A DNA stretch of 64,000 bases from Bacteroidota bacterium (lineage in GTDB: Bacteria; Bacteroidota; Bacteroidia; Chitinophagales; Chitinophagaceae), in the NCBI GenBank assembly GCA_029561255.1, contig JAKQJH010000044.1:7020-71019 (forward strand), written 5' to 3'. The position numbers were made by a program, and so were the translations under genes. The notes beneath the pieces are model-generated. The model had not been told where the DNA came from and ran no database searches. It saw nothing but the letters and a program-made list of their open reading frames with translations. Of the stretch, positions 56,897 to 64,000 are shown in pieces (the stretch's first letter is position 1; each line of letters begins with the position of its first letter).

Positions 56897-59353
56897 ATGA
56901 TTTGTCGTTCAGGTTTATTATTGTTGTTCTCCCTGCATTGTTCCCTGATTTTACCGGCACAGCCGCTTAGTACAGCGGATCAGATCCCTGCAAACTCCTT
57001 CAACCCTTCCACTTTATTATGGTACGATCAGCCCGCCCGGAAATGGGAGGAGGCCCTGCCCGTGGGCAATGGCCGGCTGGGGGCCATGGTGTTTGGGAAG
57101 AATAAGGAAGAGCGGATTCAATTAAATGAAGAGACCTATTGGTCGGGCGGACCTTATTCCACTGTAGTCAAAGGCGGGCATAATTACCTGAAAGAAATTC
57201 AACAGAAAGTTTTTGACGGTAAATTCCTGGAAGCACATAATCTCTTTGGCCGGGAACTGATGGGCTACCCGGTGGAACAACAGAAATACCAGTCGCTCGG
57301 CAACCTTCATTTGTTTTTCAACAACCAGGATAGTGTAACCGCCTATAAGCGCTGGCTGGATCTGGCAACAGGTATAGCGGGGGTTAGTTATGAAGCAGCT
57401 GGTGTACGCTACCAACGCGAGACATTTGCTTCCGCTCCCGGACAGGTGATCGTGGTTCGTCTTACGGCCAGCAAACCCGGCAGTATTTCCTTTACTGCGA
57501 ATCTGCGGGGTGAACGCAACCAGGCCCATTCCAATTATGCCACCGATTATTTCCGGATGGATCCTTACGGACAGGATGGATTGATCCTCACAGGCAAGTC
57601 GGCTGATTACATGGGTGTGGAAGGCAAGCTCCGTTATGAAGCCCGGATCAAAGCGGTGAATGAAGGGGGTACGATTACTACCAATGGAGTGGATCTTAAT
57701 GTCAGCAAGGCTGATGCCGTGACCTTGTATTTTGCAGCGGCTACCAATTTTGTCAACTACAAAGATGTAAGCGGTGATCCGCACAAACGGGTGGAAGACT
57801 GTTTTAATAAACTGGGCAATCAATCATTTACTTCTATCCTGAATGAGGCGGTTATTGATCACAGTAGTTATTTCAACCGGGTGTCATTGAAACTGCCGGT
57901 CAACTCCCAGTCTTTTTTGCCGGTAACAGAAAGAATAAAGCGGATACAGTCTGCCCCCGATCCGGCCATGACTGCCCTGAGTTACCAGTTTGGCCGTTAC
58001 CTGATGATCGCTTCTTCCCGTCCGGGTACACAACCCGCCAACCTGCAGGGTATCTGGAATGATAATATGAACCCGTCCTGGGATTCGAAGTACACGACTA
58101 ATATCAATACGGAAATGAATTACTGGCCGGTGGAAAGCGGCAATCTTTCTGAATGCGCCGAACCGCTTTTACGCATGATGCAGGATATTACCGATCAGGG
58201 GACACAGGTGGCCCGCGAACATTACGGAGCCCGCGGATGGGTCCTCCACCAGAACACCGATCTCTGGCGGGTGGCCGCTCCCATGGATGGTCCTACCTGG
58301 GGCACTTTCACCGTAGGCGGTGCCTGGCTCTGCACGCAGTTATGGGAACATTATGCGTATACAAAAGATAAAAACTATTTAAAGGAGGTTTACCCTTTGC
58401 TCGAAGGATCCGTGCAGTTCTTCATGGACTTCCTGGTGCCCCATCCCAATGGAAAATGGCTGGTCACCAATCCTTCCACGTCACCGGAGAACTTTCCGGA
58501 TGGAGGAGGCAACAAACCTTATTTTGATGAAGTAACGGCCGGATTCAGGGAAGGCACTACCATCTGTGCCGGTTCTTCGATTGACATGCAGATTCTCTAT
58601 GATCTCTTTGGTTATTTTACAGAGGCAGCTGCTGTTTTACACATTTCAGATTCATTGACGCAGCAGGTGAAAGCGGCCCGTGAAAAACTGGTGCCGCCAC
58701 AGATCGGTAAAGATGGCTCGCTGCAGGAATGGGCGGATGACTGGAAATCACTGGAAGAAAACCATCGACATTTTTCTCATATGTATGGATTGTATCCCGG
58801 TAAAGTATTGTATGAAAAAAGAACACCGGCCCTGATCGAAGCGTATAAAAAAGTGCTGGAAGAAAGAGGGGATGCTTCCACCGGTTTCTCCAGGGCCTGG
58901 AAAATGGCGCTCTGGGCAAGACTGGGTGATGGAAACCGCGCCAATAAAATTTTCAAAGGCTACCTGCAGGAACAAACCTGCACGTCGATGTTTGCCTTAT
59001 GCGGCCGGTCCTTACAAGTGGATGGTAATTTTGGGGTAACCGCTGCGGTTACGGAGATGCTGCTGCAATCACAGGACGGATGGATCCGTTTGTTGCCGGC
59101 TTTACCTGTTGAATGGAGTGAAGGCAGCTTCACCGGGGTTTGTACCCGTGGCGCTTTCGAACTGGACTATAGCTGGAAGGACGGCAAGGTCACACAACTG
59201 AACATTAAATCAAAAGCCGGGGAAACCTGCCGCATTGAGTGGAAACCGGGCATGAAGATCACCTGCAACGGAAAAACTGTACCGTTCAAAAAGGAAAACA
59301 ACGGGGTAGTGGCTTTTCAGACCAGCAAGGATAGTGTTTATCGGATTCAATAA
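56897..59353 (+). CDS. GH95 family glycoside hydrolase (alpha-L-fucosidase-like)
   Basis: EALPVGNGRLGAM, QFGRYLMIASSR, NLQGIWN, YTTNINTEMNYW, HRHFSH, QVDGNFG. Confidence 0.93.
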   Translation: MICRSGLLLLFSLHCSLILPAQPLSTADQIPANSFNPSTLLWYDQPARKWEEALPVGNGRLGAMVFGKNKEERIQLNEETYWSGGPYSTVVKGGHNYLKEIQQKVFDGKFLEAHNLFGRELMGYPVEQQKYQSLGNLHLFFNNQDSVTAYKRWLDLATGIAGVSYEAAGVRYQRETFASAPGQVIVVRLTASKPGSISFTANLRGERNQAHSNYATDYFRMDPYGQDGLILTGKSADYMGVEGKLRYEARIKAVNEGGTITTNGVDLNVSKADAVTLYFAAATNFVNYKDVSGDPHKRVEDCFNKLGNQSFTSILNEAVIDHSSYFNRVSLKLPVNSQSFLPVTERIKRIQSAPDPAMTALSYQFGRYLMIASSRPGTQPANLQGIWNDNMNPSWDSKYTTNINTEMNYWPVESGNLSECAEPLLRMMQDITDQGTQVAREHYGARGWVLHQNTDLWRVAAPMDGPTWGTFTVGGAWLCTQLWEHYAYTKDKNYLKEVYPLLEGSVQFFMDFLVPHPNGKWLVTNPSTSPENFPDGGGNKPYFDEVTAGFREGTTICAGSSIDMQILYDLFGYFTEAAAVLHISDSLTQQVKAAREKLVPPQIGKDGSLQEWADDWKSLEENHRHFSHMYGLYPGKVLYEKRTPALIEAYKKVLEERGDASTGFSRAWKMALWARLGDGNRANKIFKGYLQEQTCTSMFALCGRSLQVDGNFGVTAAVTEMLLQSQDGWIRLLPALPVEWSEGSFTGVCTRGAFELDYSWKDGKVTQLNIKSKAGETCRIEWKPGMKITCNGKTVPFKKENNGVVAFQTSKDSVYRIQ

Positions 59354-59378
59354 TCGTACATTCATTTAAATTAAAAAT

Positions 59379-61604
59379 ATGATTCGCTTTTCTTCCTTTC
59401 TGTTCATCGTGTTTGTCCTGATTGCAGGCAACAGTATAGCACAAACGAAAAAACTGACTTTGGAAGACATCTATTCCAAAAACAGGTATGGTTCCCGGGG
59501 GGTAGGCCCTTTACGCTGGATGAAGGATAATAAAAGTTATTCCACCCTGGAGTACAATGCAGCTGCCGGCGGATCGGATATAGTGCGGTATGAGGTGGAA
59601 ACCGGAACAAAGACAGTCCTGATCAGCGCTGCACAACTGGTGCCGGCCTCCGGAAGTAAACCCTTGTCCATGGATGATTATGAGTGGTCGGGGGATAACA
59701 GTAAACTTTTACTATTTACCAATACAAAAAAGGTATGGCGTTACAATACCCGGGGCGATTACTGGGTGCTCGATCTGAAAACCGGTAAACTGACACAATT
59801 AGGAAAAAGCCTGCCTGTTTCCTCCCTGATGTTTGCCAAATTTTCTCCGGATGGCAGCCGCGTAGGCTATGTGAGTCAGCAGAATATTTATGTGGAAGAT
59901 ATCAGCACCGGGGTGATCACCCAACTGACCAAAGATGGCGGTGGCGATATTATCAACGGAACCTTTGACTGGGTCTATGAAGAAGAACTGGATGACCGCG
60001 ATGGTTTCCGCTGGAGCCCGGATGGAACTACCATTGCTTATTGGCAATCAGATACTAAAGGAGTAGGCACTTTTTACCTGATCAATAACACAGATTCCAA
60101 TTATTCCAAACCCCTTCCATTTCCTTATCCCAAAGTGGGTACGGCTAATTCAGCAGTGAAAGTGGGGGTAGTAGCGGCCACCGGTGGCCCGAGCAAATGG
60201 TTTGATGTGCCCGGCGATCCGCGGAATAATTACCTGGCGCGGATGGATTTTATTCCCGGTTCCGGTGAAGTGATGATCCAGCAACTTAACCGTCTGCAGA
60301 ACAGTAATAAGGTATGGATCGGCAATACAGCGAATATGCAATTGAAATTATTATTCACTGAAAGTGACAGCGCCTGGGTGGATCTGCACGATGATATTGT
60401 GTGGCTCGATAACAACAAGTATTTTACCTGGACCAGCGAAAAAGATGGCTGGGTGCATTTATATAAAGTATCCCGTGACGGGAAGGAGATGAAGCCGATC
60501 ACCAAAGGGAGTTTTGATGTGGTGAATATCAACTGCATTGATCCGGCCGGTGGGTATGTGTATTATATCGCTTCACCGGAGAACTTCACCCAGCGTTATC
60601 TCTACCGCAGCCGGCTGGATGGAAAGGGCGATGCGGAACGGGTGTCGCCAGCGGGAATGGCCGGACAACACAGTTACCAGATCTCCGCCGATGCGAAATA
60701 TGCCATTCACAGTTTTGAAAATGCCGTGACGCCCAGACGTATTTCACTGATCAACCTGGGCACCCATAAAGAAATCAAACTAATGGCCGATAACCAGGAA
60801 CTGAAAAGCCGTATCAGTGAACTCGGTCTTCGTCCCAAGGAATTTTTTAAAGTGGATATAGGTCCTGTGGTACTGGATGGCTGGATGATCAAACCAATCA
60901 GCTTTGATCCGCAAAAAAAATATCCCGTCATTTTTCATGTATATGGAGAACCCGCAGGCTCGACCGTTCAGGATAATTGGGGTACCGGCGACAATATGTG
61001 GCATCAGTACCTGGCCAATGAACTTGGTTGTATTGTAATTAGTGTAGACAACAGAGGTACCAAAGTGCCGAGGGGTCGTGATTTCCGTAAATGTATTTAC
61101 CGGCAGATCGGTTTACTCGCTGCCGATGACCAGGCAGCTGCTGCCAAGAAGATCATGCAGACTTATACCTTTATCGATTCCGCCCATGTGGGTATGTGGG
61201 GCTGGAGTGGTGGCGGACAAATGACCCTGCATGGATTGTTCCGGCATGGCAATGTGTTCAAAACCGGTATTGCTGTTTCCTTTGTGGCCCTGCAAACCTT
61301 GTATGATAATGTATATCAGGAACGCTATATGGGTTTACCGGAGGACAATAAATACGGGTATAAAGAAGGTTCACCCCTGACCCATGCGGGTAAATTACAT
61401 GGAAAACTGATGATCATTCATGGCACTGGTGATGATAATGTGCATTATCAAAATTTTGAAATGATGGTGAATGAACTGATAAAGAATAACAAGTTGTTCA
61501 GTATGATGTCGTACCCCAACCGGGACCATGGCATCTGGCAGGGCGTGAATACCACCTTGCACCTGCGGAGAACGATGGAACAGTTCTGGAAACTGAATTT
61601 ATAA
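59379..61604 (+). CDS. S9B dipeptidyl peptidase IV family protein
   Basis: NGTFDWVYEEE, GWSGGG nucleophile, HGTGDDNVH, DH. Confidence 0.94.
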   Translation: MIRFSSFLFIVFVLIAGNSIAQTKKLTLEDIYSKNRYGSRGVGPLRWMKDNKSYSTLEYNAAAGGSDIVRYEVETGTKTVLISAAQLVPASGSKPLSMDDYEWSGDNSKLLLFTNTKKVWRYNTRGDYWVLDLKTGKLTQLGKSLPVSSLMFAKFSPDGSRVGYVSQQNIYVEDISTGVITQLTKDGGGDIINGTFDWVYEEELDDRDGFRWSPDGTTIAYWQSDTKGVGTFYLINNTDSNYSKPLPFPYPKVGTANSAVKVGVVAATGGPSKWFDVPGDPRNNYLARMDFIPGSGEVMIQQLNRLQNSNKVWIGNTANMQLKLLFTESDSAWVDLHDDIVWLDNNKYFTWTSEKDGWVHLYKVSRDGKEMKPITKGSFDVVNINCIDPAGGYVYYIASPENFTQRYLYRSRLDGKGDAERVSPAGMAGQHSYQISADAKYAIHSFENAVTPRRISLINLGTHKEIKLMADNQELKSRISELGLRPKEFFKVDIGPVVLDGWMIKPISFDPQKKYPVIFHVYGEPAGSTVQDNWGTGDNMWHQYLANELGCIVISVDNRGTKVPRGRDFRKCIYRQIGLLAADDQAAAAKKIMQTYTFIDSAHVGMWGWSGGGQMTLHGLFRHGNVFKTGIAVSFVALQTLYDNVYQERYMGLPEDNKYGYKEGSPLTHAGKLHGKLMIIHGTGDDNVHYQNFEMMVNELIKNNKLFSMMSYPNRDHGIWQGVNTTLHLRRTMEQFWKLNL

Positions 61605-61619
61605 TCTTCAATCAATCGT

Positions 61620-63197
61620 ATGGCGGTCTATCCCAGTATATTCAATGATGTGATCGGTCCTGTGATGCGGGGCCCTTCCAGTTCGCATTGTGCGGCCTCT
61701 TTACGCATTGCCCGTATATGCCGCGACCTGATGGATGGGGAGATCCGTCATATCCTGATTGAATTTGATCCAAACGGATCATTGGCCACCACGCATAAAA
61801 GCCAGGGTTCGGATATGGGATTGTTTGGCGGTTTCCTTGGTTGGGAAGCCGATGATGAACGGCTGCCAGCATCAGAACGTTACCTGGCGGAAGCCGGAAT
61901 TACCGTAGAGTTTGTGGTTCGCGATATGGGGGCGGATCATCCCAATACATATCAGCTCACGCTCAGTAGTGAAAAGGAAGTACGACGACTGACGGCTATT
62001 TCAACTGGCGGGGGGATGATTGAAGTGATCAGTATTGAAGGAGCATCGGTATCCATGGCCGGTGATTATTATGAAACGATTATCGGTTGTACGGAGCCGG
62101 ATCGTATAGTCCGCTACCTCGAAGCAACTGTGTTGCATGATTCCATCACGTTACATCAGGGAGAGCATCCTTTTATTATACTCAAAGCGCAGTCATTCCC
62201 GGACGCTGTAATCTTAAGTGAATTGCAGGCGATGGAGTCCGTTCTTTTCATTAAGAAAATAAAACCGGTGATGCCGGTCATGGCCCGCAAAGACCTGGAA
62301 GTTCCGTTTATTTCCTGTAATGAGATGCTGGCGTATAATAACGGGAAAGATAAATCACTCTGGGAACTAGCCATTGATTATGAAATGGCCCGGGGCAATA
62401 TTTCAGCGGAGGAAGTGATGGAGAAAATGCGGGCTATTGTACGAATCATGGGTCATGCCATTGAAACGGGCTTGAAGGGCACGGAGTACAAAGACCGGAT
62501 ACTGGGCAGTCAGTCGCCCCGGTTCCGCGAGAAAATGAAAGCCGGTGCGTTGGTAGAAGGCGATGCCGGCAATCTAATGATCCTATATGTCTCCGCCATT
62601 ATGGAAGTAAAGAGTTCGATGGGCGTGATTGTGGCAGCGCCTACGGCCGGCAGTTGCGGGGCCTTGCCTGGCGCTTTGTTTGGGGTGGCCCATGCGTTGA
62701 AATTATCGGAAGACGAGTTAGTAAAAGCCATGTTATCTGCCGGACTGATTGGGGTGTTCATTGCCGCTCATGCCACATTTGCTGCGGAAGTGGGCGGTTG
62801 TATGGCCGAGACTGGTTCGGGTGGGGGAATGGCCGCCGCCGCCATCGTACAACTCAAAGGAGGTACACTGGAGCAATCCCTGGCTGCTGCCTCAATGGCC
62901 CTGCAGAATTCATTGGGTATTATCTGCGATCCCATTGGCAACCGGGTGGAAGCACCCTGCCTGGGAAGAAATGTGATGGCGGCCGGGAATGCCATTTCCA
63001 GTGCCAATATGGCTTTAGCTGATTACCAGCACCTGATCCCGTTGGATGAAGTGATTGCAACAATGAAGGCGGTTGGCGATCAGATCCATCATACACTTCG
63101 TTGTACCAATCTGGGTGGATTGTCCATTACCGATACGGCTAAAAAAATTGAAGCCCGGTTGGAAGAGCAACCAGTCCGTTTGTATAAAAACTGCTGA
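61620..63197 (+). CDS. Fe-S L-serine dehydratase, fused beta-alpha type
   Basis: IGPVMRGPSSSH, STGGG, IVAAPTAGSCG, GGCMAE, CDPIGNRVEAPC. Confidence 0.88.
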   Translation: MAVYPSIFNDVIGPVMRGPSSSHCAASLRIARICRDLMDGEIRHILIEFDPNGSLATTHKSQGSDMGLFGGFLGWEADDERLPASERYLAEAGITVEFVVRDMGADHPNTYQLTLSSEKEVRRLTAISTGGGMIEVISIEGASVSMAGDYYETIIGCTEPDRIVRYLEATVLHDSITLHQGEHPFIILKAQSFPDAVILSELQAMESVLFIKKIKPVMPVMARKDLEVPFISCNEMLAYNNGKDKSLWELAIDYEMARGNISAEEVMEKMRAIVRIMGHAIETGLKGTEYKDRILGSQSPRFREKMKAGALVEGDAGNLMILYVSAIMEVKSSMGVIVAAPTAGSCGALPGALFGVAHALKLSEDELVKAMLSAGLIGVFIAAHATFAAEVGGCMAETGSGGGMAAAAIVQLKGGTLEQSLAAASMALQNSLGIICDPIGNRVEAPCLGRNVMAAGNAISSANMALADYQHLIPLDEVIATMKAVGDQIHHTLRCTNLGGLSITDTAKKIEARLEEQPVRLYKNC

Positions 63198-63241
63198 TAA
63201 TCCCGTAAAACACCGGAACTGCCCTTCTCGTGCTTTATTTT

Positions 63242-63249
63242 TACCTTTG
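63242..63249 (+). promoter_or_regulatory. Bacteroidota -7 promoter box for hflX
   Basis: TACCTTTG, about 32 bp upstream of ATG 63282. Confidence 0.6.
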
Positions 63250-63281
63250 CTTTTCCCTCGTTCGCCGGGGGAATTTTTATT

Positions 63282-64000
63282 ATGATTGACAAGAAGAATA
63301 AGATACAGCAGGAAGAGAAAGCCGTACTGGTGGCGGTGATTCAAAAAGATCAGACCGAGACCCAGGTGGTTGAATACCTGGATGAATTGGCTTTCCTTGC
63401 CGAGACGGCCGGGGCCATAACGGTAAAGCGGTTTACCCAGAAACTGGCGCATCCCGACAGCCGGCATTTTGTCGGCAAGGGAAAGCTCGAGGAAATCAAA
63501 AACTATTTAAAGGGCAAGGATATCGGCGTGGTCATTTTTGATGATGAACTCAGTGGTGCTCAGATCAATAATATTGAAAAGGAGCTGGAGGTAAAGACCA
63601 TCGACCGCAGTGACCTGATCCTCGACATTTTTGCCCGCCGGGCCAAGACTGCCCAGGCAAGGGCGCAGGTGGAACTCGCCCAGTACCAGTATATCTTACC
63701 TCGTCTGCGTGGGATGTGGAAACACCTTGAGCGTCTTGGTGGTGGTATTGGAACGAGGGGGCCGGGTGAAACGGAAATTGAAACTGACCGTCGTATAGTA
63801 AGGGATAAGATCACTTTATTAAAGAAGCGGCTGGCAGAGATCGACAAACAGGCGTTTACGCAACGCAAGGATCGCGGTGAATTTATCCGCGTAGCGCTCG
63901 TCGGTTATACCAATGTGGGCAAGAGTACGCTGATGAACCTGCTCAGCAAGCGGGATGTGTTTGCCGAGAATAAATTATTTGCCACCCTCGATACGACGAC
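63282..64000 (+). CDS. hflX: GTPase HflX, runs off the right edge
   Basis: Manual translation: YLDELAFLAETAGA..DRSDLILDIFARRA..QVELAQ..GTRGPGETEIETDRR..VGYTNVGKST..NKLFATLDTT. Confidence 0.97.
   Translation, partial: MIDKKNKIQQEEKAVLVAVIQKDQTETQVVEYLDELAFLAETAGAITVKRFTQKLAHPDSRHFVGKGKLEEIKNYLKGKDIGVVIFDDELSGAQINNIEKELEVKTIDRSDLILDIFARRAKTAQARAQVELAQYQYILPRLRGMWKHLERLGGGIGTRGPGETEIETDRRIVRDKITLLKKRLAEIDKQAFTQRKDRGEFIRVALVGYTNVGKSTLMNLLSKRDVFAENKLFATLDTT

Overview
Bacterial chromosomal window, almost certainly Bacteroidota and probably Chitinophagaceae-like (SusC-type gene, TAnnTTTG-type promoters, YtxH/holin-like triad, DUF4251 lipoprotein). It holds about 58 CDS and no recognisable rRNA, tRNA, CRISPR array, prophage or transposase. 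Left end: a truncated SusC-like barrel gene and a six-gene YehL-type MoxR-AAA/vWA/SWIM/DUF4132 operon directly downstream of htpG. Core genes include gdhA, tatD-tcdA, an acyl-CoA carboxylase cluster, hsp20, GH95, DPP-IV, a fused L-serine dehydratase and a truncated hflX. The best unexplained signals are: (1) an LRR protein with a Cys-containing C-terminal sorting-signal-like tail overlapping a CPBP protease gene; (2) an orphan, terminator-bounded repetitive sRNA candidate at about 24.2-24.45 kb; (3) a GpgS-HAD phosphatase fusion heading an NhaD-ClC operon; (4) a 20-22 bp palindrome inserted cleanly into several other repeat families; (5) an apparently plug-less SusC; (6) an unannotated 29-aa membrane peptide. 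All family calls come from visual motif recognition; no database searches were run.
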